Shown: positions 7,611 to 16,047, numbered from the stretch's first letter. The stretch is 20,000 nt of DNA from an uncultured virus (IMG/VR IMGVR_UViG_3300020122_000176) (IMGVR_UViG_3300020122_000176), one strand, 5' to 3'. The notes: generated by a model not told the origin, from the letters alone. A program made the numbers and translations.

Positions 7611-8033
7611 TTAAACGCGATACTTGCGATCCAGCAGCACTGTGCCGATGTCGCCGTTGGTGACGTCTTCCATCATCACGCCGTACACGAACGCGCCGAA
7701 ATTGGCACCGGTCGCGGTTGGCGTGATCTTGACTGCCTGACCGGTCGAGTCCGAACCGACCTCGTCGCCCGCCTTCAGGCTGCCAGAGCCGACCTTGACC
7801 TTCGACACGCCGATCGCGCGAACCTGGAGCGCGTCGCCCGACTTCGAATTGCCTTGGCTGATGCCGACTGCGTTGTCGTCATGGCCATTGCACACCACAA
7901 CGGTGTCGCTGGCGCTCAACTTCACGAACAGAAACTGGCCTGTGCCGTTCGGACCTGCGAGGCCGCCCGATGCGGAGAAATCCTGTCCAGCGACGATCGC
8001 CGGAAGATCAAGAACGGGACGTTCCCATGCCAT
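7611..8033 (-). CDS. Capsid cement / head decoration protein (DUF2190-like), 140 aa
   Basis: AGQDFS...QFLFVKL...AVGISQ...GDALQVRAIGVSKVKVG..LKAGDEVGSDSTGQAV...GDIGTVLL. Directly upstream of the major capsid gene, AAGGAG SD. Confidence 0.85.
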   Translation of the reverse strand: MAWERPVLDLPAIVAGQDFSASGGLAGPNGTGQFLFVKLSASDTVVVCNGHDDNAVGISQGNSKSGDALQVRAIGVSKVKVGSGSLKAGDEVGSDSTGQAVKITPTATGANFGAFVYGVMMEDVTNGDIGTVLLDRKYRV

Positions 8034-8098
8034 GGGATAACTCCTTCTTTGGGCTGCCTACGCCATCCGGCGTTGGCCTACGAACTTCTGAAGGCGAC

Positions 8099-9619
8099 TC
8101 AGGCGGCCTTGCGGGCCTGCTTCGATTCTTCCTCTTCACGCTTGCGCAGTTCGGGGTTCGAACGGCGGACCATGACGCGGGCGGACGTCTCGTTGAGCTT
8201 GCCCGAAGTATCCTTGGCCACGAGGTCGGCGGCCATCTTGTTGATCTGCTCGGTCGCGCTGCCGGTTGCGCCGGCGCCGCCACGGCCGTGTTCCTTGAAC
8301 ACGTCGCTCTGCTTGACCAGAAGATTGGCGCCCTTGAGCACGGTGGCGACGCGATCTGCGACCGCGGCACCCTTGGTGACGTTGAGCGCTGCGATGTCGT
8401 ACAGCAGCTGGCCCAGTTCCTCGGCCTTGCCGACCAGCGTAAGATCGGCCTTGGCGAAGTCGGTGCGCTTGCGCACTTCGCTTTCCTCGGCGGCCTTGTT
8501 CAGCGCGACCTTGGAGGCGGAAAGCTCTGCCGCTGTGGCCTTGGCGAACTGGAAGCCGGCCTCGGTTCCGAAGTCCTTCTTGGTGAGCACGACGCCAGCA
8601 TCGGAGCGGAACGCATCGCCCTTGGCGATCATCTTCTCCATGTCCTCGTCTTTGCCCTTGTCTTTCGCGTCTTCCTTGTCCTTCGCGTCCTGGAGCATTT
8701 TCTTTTTGTCTTCGGGGCTCATGGCGGCGAACTTCGGCTGCGCATCCTTGTCGAGCTTGTCGTAGAAGACTTTCTCTTCGCCCGACATCTTCGCGATCAC
8801 GCCGTCCAGCTTTGCGGCTTCGGCATTCGCGGTGAGTTTCGTGATGATCTCGGCTTCTGTCGCCGTCTCGGGAAGGCCCAAGGATTTCGCGATGGCTTTC
8901 ATGGTCGAATCATCTCCCTTTGAGAGTTCTATACCCCCGAGCGAATTCAAACGAAAGCCCGCCTCGCTGAGAGCCTGCGCGACGAGCGCATTCTCGACGC
9001 CTTCGGGCACGATCGTTTTCACGTGATCGGAGAACTGATTGAGGCTGTCAGTGATCGCGCTTCCCTTGTCGCTCACACTGTCATCGCCCTGGATAGACCA
9101 GATGGCAGAACCGAGGCTGCACACCGCCTCGTTCACTTCCTGCATAAGTCCCGAAACGGCCTCGCATTCTTCGGCTGAAGCCTGCGCCGTGTCGAAGTCG
9201 ATGGCATCGCCAGAATACTTCGCAAGGCTCGCGTCTTTCGTGATGAAAAACTTCATCACCTCAACGCCGCTGTCGCGCTTCTCCCACGTGTCGGGCAGCA
9301 TGTCTGTTGCGCCCAGAGCGCGCGCGCGGGTTTTGATGTGCGCTTTCGCTTTCGCCGGATTCTTTGCGCGGCCGATAGCACGGATGGCGTTCTCGAGGTC
9401 GCCCTTGTTGTCGATCGGAAAGCTGCCATCCGACATGGCGTGGCCGTTGGCAGCGCGTGCCTTGCGTTCGTCGGCGGTGAATTCGCGCTTGGTAACGCTG
9501 CTGGGATAGTTGCCGTCCTGCGTGCCGCGTTTGAACATCATAATGCGCGCGAGCTTGTTGGCGGGCAAGTCGACAGCGGACACTTCGTTGAGCTTCAGCT
9601 TGGTAAGCTGGCGCGCCAC
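8099..9619 (-). CDS. Scaffold-like head assembly protein (~506 aa) with N-terminal prohead-protease strand and a DUF6582-like helical domain
   Basis: Probable GTG start at 9619 (GGGGTG SD). Begins RQLTKLKLNEVSAVDLPANKLARIMMFK, then AMSDGSFPIDNKGDLENAIRAIGRAK...HIKTRARALG. K/E/A-rich helical C-terminal half. Sits at the scaffold position. Confidence 0.85.
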   Translation of the reverse strand: MARQLTKLKLNEVSAVDLPANKLARIMMFKRGTQDGNYPSSVTKREFTADERKARAANGHAMSDGSFPIDNKGDLENAIRAIGRAKNPAKAKAHIKTRARALGATDMLPDTWEKRDSGVEVMKFFITKDASLAKYSGDAIDFDTAQASAEECEAVSGLMQEVNEAVCSLGSAIWSIQGDDSVSDKGSAITDSLNQFSDHVKTIVPEGVENALVAQALSEAGFRLNSLGGIELSKGDDSTMKAIAKSLGLPETATEAEIITKLTANAEAAKLDGVIAKMSGEEKVFYDKLDKDAQPKFAAMSPEDKKKMLQDAKDKEDAKDKGKDEDMEKMIAKGDAFRSDAGVVLTKKDFGTEAGFQFAKATAAELSASKVALNKAAEESEVRKRTDFAKADLTLVGKAEELGQLLYDIAALNVTKGAAVADRVATVLKGANLLVKQSDVFKEHGRGGAGATGSATEQINKMAADLVAKDTSGKLNETSARVMVRRSNPELRKREEEESKQARKAA

Positions 9620-9650
9620 TGGTCTGCACCCCACGGGATAGCGATGCCGC

Positions 9651-9881
9651 TTATCTCATTCGCCCGTCGCGAATGCAATCCCTCACGCGCTGGGCGGCAA
9701 GCTGCATCGCGCTCGCGTGGAGGACATCGATGACGTCGTTGACATGGATAGCTGGACGCGCAGTCACGCGAACGTCGGACCATCGATCCTGCGGCGCGAT
9801 CCGTTCGATGCTCGGCGCGCGGCCGCTCAGCTGGTCCATCCGCTGCTTAATGGCGGCGTAGTCGAACACGGCTGCGGTCAT
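9651..9881 (-). CDS. Small hypothetical protein (76 aa)
   Basis: ATGA overlap with the protease stop, GGAG SD, fills the gap. Confidence 0.65.
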   Translation of the reverse strand: MTAAVFDYAAIKQRMDQLSGRAPSIERIAPQDRWSDVRVTARPAIHVNDVIDVLHASAMQLAAQRVRDCIRDGRMR

Positions 9882-11113
9882 GTGCGCTTCTCCAGCCTGA
9901 CGCCAGAGCCTCCGATGCTGAAGCCCGGGAACGTGCCGTCCTTCACCTTAGCAAACAACTCGGGCGTCACTTCGAAACCGACCCACGCCGGGACGATCTG
10001 ATGCCCGTCCTTGTCCTTTAGCACGATGCCGAGAACCTGCTGTTTTGCCTTGGTGAACACCATACATTCGATGCACTCGCCCAAGTGCTTTCCGTAGTCG
10101 GCATGCATCTCGCCCACGTTGCGCGCGTTCTTCACGAAGTCGTAGAACGCCTCCTCCAGATCCGCCTCGCTGGTCCAGTCGTCCTGCACGTCGACGAAGG
10201 GCTTGCCATCCTTCTCGCACACCGACGCATAGCCAAAGATGCGGTTCTGATCCGGCTCGATCTTGCTGATCGGCACGCGCAATGTCATGCCCTTCAGCGC
10301 ATTCGATCTGGGGCCAATGTTCTTCATGCGGACTTTGGCCGTCTCAGCGCCGTCGAGCCAAGCCGCAGCCAGGCGATGGTGACCGTCCGCGATGTAGTTT
10401 TTGCCGTTGTAGCGCACGACCGTGGGCAGATCAGCGACGCCGCCGCTGGCGCGGATAGAGTCGACCTTGGCTGGATCGATGCGGTTCTGCATGGCGTACA
10501 GTCCCGCCAGTGGGACTTCGGTTTCCTCGAGCGTGTCGGGATCCGTGAGCGCGCCGAAGAACCTTGGCACCTGATCGGGGCGAAGGTCGCCTAACGCATG
10601 CTGGTCGTACTGGAACGGCGTCTTCGCCGTGTTTGCATCGTGCGGCTGCAGATCCGCCTTGCGGATAGACCCTTCGTCGACGTTGCTGGCGATCCATTCG
10701 GCGGCTGCCTCACTAAGCCCGGCCACGTCGATCATCTTCGCCATCACGGCGGGCTTGTACTTGCGCTTCGGCCGTTTTGTGCCACCGGCGCCACCGGCGC
10801 TCGACACGTGCACATCGCCAACGCCGGGATCGTCCTTGCTGACGGGATCGACTTCGTCGCCATCCAGGGTGACACGCAAGATGCGATCGGCACCATCGCC
10901 GTCGATGCCCGTGCGGGGATAGTTGCGCTTGTCGCCACCCTCTTCGCGGTCGGCCTCGAGCGAGAAGCTGTGGCCGACATCAGCGCGGCGCTTCACCTCG
11001 CGCATGAACTGCGCCAGAGGTTTTACGTGGTCGCCATCGTTCATCTCGATGGCCAGCACATGATCGGCCTTGGTCCCGTTCTTCGACTTAGCCAGCGCCG
11101 TCCTGAAATCCAT
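9878..11113 (-). CDS. Multidomain XkdF-like putative prohead serine protease with internal ParB/Srx-like domain (411 aa)
   Basis: C-terminal ~135 aa: RIFGYASV...VDVQDDW...LEEAFYDFV...GEMH...WVGFEV...VKDGTFPGFSIGG (XkdF/S78-type). Middle: EVPLAGLYAMQ...PTVVRYNGKNYIADGHHRLAAA (ParB-N). GGAG SD. Confidence 0.87.
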   Translation of the reverse strand: MDFRTALAKSKNGTKADHVLAIEMNDGDHVKPLAQFMREVKRRADVGHSFSLEADREEGGDKRNYPRTGIDGDGADRILRVTLDGDEVDPVSKDDPGVGDVHVSSAGGAGGTKRPKRKYKPAVMAKMIDVAGLSEAAAEWIASNVDEGSIRKADLQPHDANTAKTPFQYDQHALGDLRPDQVPRFFGALTDPDTLEETEVPLAGLYAMQNRIDPAKVDSIRASGGVADLPTVVRYNGKNYIADGHHRLAAAWLDGAETAKVRMKNIGPRSNALKGMTLRVPISKIEPDQNRIFGYASVCEKDGKPFVDVQDDWTSEADLEEAFYDFVKNARNVGEMHADYGKHLGECIECMVFTKAKQQVLGIVLKDKDGHQIVPAWVGFEVTPELFAKVKDGTFPGFSIGGSGVRLEKRT

Positions 11114-11148
11114 AGTCGTTGCTCCGTTTGGCTGCTAAGCCGGAACGC

Positions 11149-11439
11149 ATGCCGCGAATCGCACCCGCATCTGAGGAAGACCGCGCGTTCCTCGAATTGT
11201 TTCTAGGCATACACCGAAAGCTGGAAGCACTGAAGCCAGTGTTTTCGAAGACCGCGCACCTGACCGCCATTCGCGCACTCCAAGCCACCGCCACCATGCT
11301 GGCGGCGGGCGCGACTAGAAGGCCAGCAAGTACGTCGAGCAGCGGCATTGCGGATGAACTGGCGGTGCATCGACAGGCCCGACTGGGGTCACGAACGAGC
11401 CGCCCAAGGGCACGCCGTCAGGGTTCATCAACGGAATAG
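11149..11439 (+). CDS. Possible antisense small helical protein (96 aa)
   Basis: MPRIAPASEEDRAFLELFLGIHRKLEALKPVFSKTAHLTAIRALQATATMLAAG reads as amphipathic helix and occupies the 200-nt gap in the head operon. Weak SD, and the 3' part overlaps the MuF gene. Confidence 0.35.
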   Translation: MPRIAPASEEDRAFLELFLGIHRKLEALKPVFSKTAHLTAIRALQATATMLAAGATRRPASTSSSGIADELAVHRQARLGSRTSRPRARRQGSSTE

Positions 11440-12373
11440 CCGCGCAGATGATGCAGAGCCTGTCGTCTGGCGTGACGAGCCAGCCTTGGCGAACGCTGGT
11501 GCGGCTGAGAAGACCGTCGTCTGCCGCCTGATTCCAGGCCATCTGCTTGCCGGCCTCGGCGGCGCGTATCGTCTCTGTGCGCGCGATGTTCTCAGCACGT
11601 GCGCTCAGCATGCGCTCGCCGTAGCGCTGGACCATCGTGTCGATCTGATCAGGGCTGAGCGTATCCACCGCGTCTTCGCCGAGTGTGCGTTGCAGCGTCA
11701 GGTCGAACCGCCTGTCGCGCAATTCGCGGTCGAGCGCTCCTCGGTCGCCTGATTCCAGCAACGCCCGGAAGTTATCGACTGCGGCCGCCTGGTTCTCTGT
11801 GAGCCCAATGCTCTGGCGAATCAGCCGGGCTTGTTCGCGCGGATGGCCACCGAATTCGAGAGCGTTGGCCACGACCCCACGAATCGCCTCCCGGCTGTCG
11901 TCGGTGATCTGCTGGATTAGGCCCAGATCGTACTGCCGGATGAAGCGCACTACGTTCGGATTGGCGATATCGAAGCGCATCGCGAGTTCGCCTTCGACAG
12001 GAATGGTTTCGGCTGGCGCCTGGCGTCCGGCTGCGATCATCGTGTCCTCGAGCGCGGGCACGATCTGGGTGCGCACGGCGTCGGCGATCTGTGTATCAAG
12101 ATCAAGCACTTCCATCACGGCGTCGACGTCGCCGGTGGCCAGCGCGTCCGCGATCTGCGCTTCCTTTGACGTGCCGCGTATCTTTTCGATGGCTCGGATG
12201 AATGCTTCGCGAATGGGCTCGGCAGCGCTATCCGCGAGATCGTGCAGCCATTTGTACTGCGTCTCAGGGTCCTCGCCAGCGGCCTTCTGCAGCGGCGTGC
12301 GCCAGGCCTTGGCGATCGGACGGATCTGCAGATCGTTGAACGTCCGGCGCCGCTTGATGCAGCCATCCATCAC
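11315..12373 (-). CDS. Phage minor head protein (MuF / SPP1 gp7 family), 352 aa
   Basis: RAENIARTETIRA, W...DDRLCIIC and PPVHPQCRC are hallmark MuF motifs. Follows the portal. Confidence 0.92.
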   Translation of the reverse strand: MMDGCIKRRRTFNDLQIRPIAKAWRTPLQKAAGEDPETQYKWLHDLADSAAEPIREAFIRAIEKIRGTSKEAQIADALATGDVDAVMEVLDLDTQIADAVRTQIVPALEDTMIAAGRQAPAETIPVEGELAMRFDIANPNVVRFIRQYDLGLIQQITDDSREAIRGVVANALEFGGHPREQARLIRQSIGLTENQAAAVDNFRALLESGDRGALDRELRDRRFDLTLQRTLGEDAVDTLSPDQIDTMVQRYGERMLSARAENIARTETIRAAEAGKQMAWNQAADDGLLSRTSVRQGWLVTPDDRLCIICAAIPLMNPDGVPLGGSFVTPVGPVDAPPVHPQCRCSTYLLAF

Positions 12374-13866
12374 CGCGGGATTCTCCAGGCGCGCTTCCAG
12401 AGCGGCACGCGGCGCTTGCCCATCGTCTGCAAGCTGCCGGCCCGAAGCGGCGTGTCGCTGGCCGTGCCGTCGTCGCCTTGACCCTGCGCTTGGTTAGGCG
12501 AACTCGAGGTCGTGCCCGAGGCGTCGTCGTCGCTGCCCTCGCCACCCTCGCCGCCCGTCGCCAAGTCGTCCTTCGTTTCGCCGAGGATCGGCGGCAACCC
12601 GATCTCATCGCGCACGCTGGCTTCGGTGTCGGCGCTCGGCGTCAGCATGCCGACCGAGGTGACGGCGTTGATCGCCTGCGCGAAGGCGAGAATATCCTTC
12701 TCTGTGATCTCGCCGTGCCGCATCTGACACTTGCCTTCCATCTGGTTGAGCGTCAGCAGATCGGGGATGGCTTTGCGATTGAACATGTTCGAAATCATGT
12801 CGAGGATCGAGATCACCGCGACCTTGTAGAGGTCCATCTTATTCTTGCTCTGCATGGACGAGCCGCGTCCACTGGCGGCGCTCGTGCCGGTGCCCAGCGT
12901 GATGAAGTCGGCAAGCCAGGTGACCGTGATGCGGTGATCGTAACGGTCGACCACCTGGCTGGTGTCGATCTGCCGGCGACCGCCAGTCGTGAGCAGCGAC
13001 AGCTTGTAGATTTCATTCTTGGCGTCGTCGTAGGCGAGCGGGAAGACGATGCCTTCCTGATCGCCGCGCATGGTGTCGCGCACGACCGATTTGAAGAACT
13101 CAAGCTGCGCTTTGTCGCTGTCGCTGGCGTCCTTCATGAGCAATCGCGCAGGCACTTGCGCCATGGGCATGCCGCAAAGGTCGCGCTCGATGCCGATGGC
13201 TTCGATCTGTTCGATGTTCTTTTTGCGATAGTACGGCACGTAAGCGTTGCGCAGCATCGACACGCCTTCGGGATTGTTCTTCAAAAGGCGTGTCTTGAAA
13301 TGCAGGCTCTTGGCCAGCGGCACGCGTAGAAGTGGCCCACCTGTTGGCAGCAGCTGGATCAGCGCTGTCGGATCGCCGCTTTCATCGAACTCCCAGTGCA
13401 GCAGAGTCTCTTGCGCGCGGCTTGCGAACTTGCGCCAGCCAATCATGCCGTCGTCGTATTTGGAATTCGTGACCGGGTCGCTGGTGTTGCCTTGGCGCCG
13501 CTTATAGACGATCTCGTGCACGCTCCAACCGTACTGCATGAACGTGAGAATCTCGGTCATGAGTTCGGGCCACGACTGCTCCAGATCAGCAATGCACGAC
13601 TCGATAAATTGGCTGGCTTCGATGTCTTCTTGCGCCTCCGATGCCGGTTCAATCGTGAAGTCGACGCCAAGCAGCAGGCGCTCCGTGCCGAAGAACATGC
13701 CGCCGATGACGGGGTCGTTGTCCCGCATCTCGCGGTACATGCGCACGCCGCGCCAGCCGATGAGGTCGCGCAGAAACTCTTCACGCACGTAGCCCGAGAA
13801 GGCGCGAAGGCCAGTGGCACCAAGCTGGATGAAAGGCCTGTCGAGGGCTTCGTTCTTCTTGGCCAC
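12370..13866 (-). CDS. Phage portal protein (DUF935/Mu gp29-like), 498 aa
   Basis: Follows TerL. YREMRDNDPVIG, YGWSVHEIVYK, NPEGVSMLRNAY, IGIERDLCGMP motifs, acidic low-complexity C-terminus. Confidence 0.9.
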   Translation of the reverse strand: MAKKNEALDRPFIQLGATGLRAFSGYVREEFLRDLIGWRGVRMYREMRDNDPVIGGMFFGTERLLLGVDFTIEPASEAQEDIEASQFIESCIADLEQSWPELMTEILTFMQYGWSVHEIVYKRRQGNTSDPVTNSKYDDGMIGWRKFASRAQETLLHWEFDESGDPTALIQLLPTGGPLLRVPLAKSLHFKTRLLKNNPEGVSMLRNAYVPYYRKKNIEQIEAIGIERDLCGMPMAQVPARLLMKDASDSDKAQLEFFKSVVRDTMRGDQEGIVFPLAYDDAKNEIYKLSLLTTGGRRQIDTSQVVDRYDHRITVTWLADFITLGTGTSAASGRGSSMQSKNKMDLYKVAVISILDMISNMFNRKAIPDLLTLNQMEGKCQMRHGEITEKDILAFAQAINAVTSVGMLTPSADTEASVRDEIGLPPILGETKDDLATGGEGGEGSDDDASGTTSSSPNQAQGQGDDGTASDTPLRAGSLQTMGKRRVPLWKRAWRIPR

Positions 13867-13881
13867 GTCGCTACCCCTGAA

Positions 13882-15459
13882 TCAACCGATCTGGTGAGGA
13901 TTAACACGTTTCATGCTGATGCCACTAAAGTCCAGTTCCAGAATCTCGGACTCGGCCAATTCCGAGAAAGCGCCAGCGGCGGCGTCGACCTGGTCGTCAT
14001 GGCCGAGCGGGAAGTTGCACAGTTCTTCGATGAACGCCTCGTTCCAAGAGCCAGCGACGAGAAAGACGTTGCCGGCCTCGCATTGGGCAGCGAAGGGCTC
14101 GGCGCGCGTGTCCTTCTGGCCTGTCTCACGCTCGGAGCGGGCGTCGAAGCCAGCCAGCATCGCGATCATGTTCTGCGCCTGGTCCTTGCCTGCTTGGCCC
14201 GGATCCTGCGGCAGCTTGATGCGCACGTCTTTGCCGTCTGCAACGGCTGTGGCCTTGATGTTCGTGCGCACGGCATTGGCGCTGTCGCGAAACCGCGTGA
14301 CATCCTCAACGTAGAAGCGCCGCTCGATAACTGCCATCTTCACGCCGACCGTCCAGTCGGGATCAGTGCCAGCCTTCGGTAACGACGCCGCCAAGTCCCA
14401 GCGACGCACGCGCCGGGCATATGGATTGTTCTCTGGCGCGCGTTTCACGATCTTGAACCAGTGGCGCTTGAACATGCCGCCTTCGCGTGGCGCTGGGCGC
14501 TGCTGGTACTGACCGGCATAGGCGTAACTCGTCAGCGTTTTCTTGGTGGCCTCAAGCACGGCGCGCGGCACCATCTCTGCGAACAGAAGATCGCCGTCCT
14601 TGGTGCGCGGGTCGCGAAAGCCGATCGATGTCGAGCAACGCCGATCGCTTTCGAACTCCATGGGCAGGATCAGCTTCTCATAAGGCAGCCCAAGCTCATC
14701 GATGATGCCGCACAGATCGCCTTTGTGCAGCCGGTGCATGATCACGATGATGGCGTCGGTGCGCGGATCATTGAGGCGGCTGGGAACCGACTCGCGGAAG
14801 ATGCGCGCCGCCCTGGCACGGTCGGCATCGGACTCGGCGGTCTCTGTCGAATGCGGATCGTCGATGATCACGCGGTTTCCGCGCCCGCCAGTCAGCGATC
14901 CAAACGGCTTTGCTTCGCGCCCGCCGCGCTCGGTGTTTTCGAACGACGTCTCGCCCACGCGCACCAGCTGGACGGGCCAGCGCGCCTGATACCATTCCGA
15001 CAGCACGAGATCGCGCATTTTGCGGGCGTCGCGCTTGGCATAATCCTCGTTGTAGCTCGTGGTGAGATAGCGCAAGCCCGCGCGGCCCAGCGGTCCCCAT
15101 TCCCACGCTTCCCACATCACGCTGGCGATCAGAGACTTCATGCAGCCGGGCGGCTCGTTGATCTGCAGCCGGGTGATATGCCCGGCGCTGACGGCTTCGA
15201 GATGCTGGCAGACGGCGTCGATGTGCCAACCGTCGACGAACTTGGTCACGGGCTCCAGGATGTGCCACGCGCGGCGCACGAACTCATGCAGCCGGCCGCA
15301 GGCGGCGCGGTCCTCTGCGATGCGATCCGATTCTGGACCTGTGCTCAGGATCTGCAGTTCCTCGCGCGCAGCTGCGGCCGCGACCTCAGCTTCGACACGC
15401 GCGATTTCCCTGTCCAAGAGGCTGTTCCAGTTTCGCCTATTGGTCGGATTCGCCAGCAT
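13882..15459 (-). CDS. terL: Terminase large subunit (~525 aa; start uncertain)
   Basis: Walker A variant INEPPGCMKS, Walker B VIIDDPH, YAGQYQQRP, nuclease WDLAAS and HDDQVDA. ATG 15459 chosen to minimise overlap with TerS. Confidence 0.95.
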   Translation of the reverse strand: MLANPTNRRNWNSLLDREIARVEAEVAAAAAREELQILSTGPESDRIAEDRAACGRLHEFVRRAWHILEPVTKFVDGWHIDAVCQHLEAVSAGHITRLQINEPPGCMKSLIASVMWEAWEWGPLGRAGLRYLTTSYNEDYAKRDARKMRDLVLSEWYQARWPVQLVRVGETSFENTERGGREAKPFGSLTGGRGNRVIIDDPHSTETAESDADRARAARIFRESVPSRLNDPRTDAIIVIMHRLHKGDLCGIIDELGLPYEKLILPMEFESDRRCSTSIGFRDPRTKDGDLLFAEMVPRAVLEATKKTLTSYAYAGQYQQRPAPREGGMFKRHWFKIVKRAPENNPYARRVRRWDLAASLPKAGTDPDWTVGVKMAVIERRFYVEDVTRFRDSANAVRTNIKATAVADGKDVRIKLPQDPGQAGKDQAQNMIAMLAGFDARSERETGQKDTRAEPFAAQCEAGNVFLVAGSWNEAFIEELCNFPLGHDDQVDAAAGAFSELAESEILELDFSGISMKRVNPHQIG

Positions 15460-16024
15460 CGCCCGCAGCGCGGGCGGCGCGGAGAGCGTCGAGGTTGCCG
15501 CCGAACGATTTGATGATGGCTTCGATGTCTGCGACTTCAAGCGTGGTCCTGTCCTTCCATCCCATCTTCGCCTTGCTGAACCAGATGCCGGCGACTGTGC
15601 TCGGCTCCTTGATCCAGCCGATCTGCGTCTTGCCGTCCGCACTCATCTGCGGGATCCCGACTGCCTGGTCATAGAGACTCTTGCCGACATTGAAATGCGT
15701 CTTCGCGATGCCGGTGTCCAGTTCCTCGCGGAAGTGCTTGCGCAGCGTGTGGGCGTCGATCGGCATGCCAGTGCGCTCGTTGATGATCAGCTTGGCCAGC
15801 AGCACTTGCTTCAGCCCGAAGCCAGCGGCGGCGGTGACGATTCGGCGCTGCTCTGGCGTGGGCTTGAAGGGCGACATTCCGCGCTTGCGCTTTGGCTTCT
15901 GGCTTGGCTTGCGCTTTTTGCGCCTCTTGGGCTTCGACCTAGGCAGCGGCGCTGGTGCGACAGGCTTGGCTGGCTCTGGCGCTGGCGGGGCTGGAGTGGG
16001 CTCTTTTGGCGGCGTTTTGGCCAT
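15437..16024 (-). CDS. terS: Terminase small subunit (195 aa)
   Basis: Directly upstream of TerL. FKPTPEQRRIV...TLRKHFREELDTG...AGIWFSKAKMGWKD matches an HTH-type TerS pattern. Confidence 0.8.
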   Translation of the reverse strand: MAKTPPKEPTPAPPAPEPAKPVAPAPLPRSKPKRRKKRKPSQKPKRKRGMSPFKPTPEQRRIVTAAAGFGLKQVLLAKLIINERTGMPIDAHTLRKHFREELDTGIAKTHFNVGKSLYDQAVGIPQMSADGKTQIGWIKEPSTVAGIWFSKAKMGWKDRTTLEVADIEAIIKSFGGNLDALRAARAAGDAGESDQ

Positions 16025-16047
16025 GGCGGAGCTTTACTACCAGAAAA

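Noticed and set aside
11140..11285. tRNA-Ser-like fragment (CGGTCTTCGAAAAC on the minus strand)
   Set aside because: The anticodon stem does not pair, there is no TTC-containing T-loop at the right distance, and no cloverleaf forms.
11315..11400. MuF C-terminal toxin extension
   Set aside because: The protein ends 7 residues after HPQCRC, so this is a short MuF.
15460..15642. N-terminal extension of TerL in the ORF track (586 aa)
   Set aside because: It overlaps the TerS coding region and is S/R-rich nonsense. A start at or after 15459 is more plausible.
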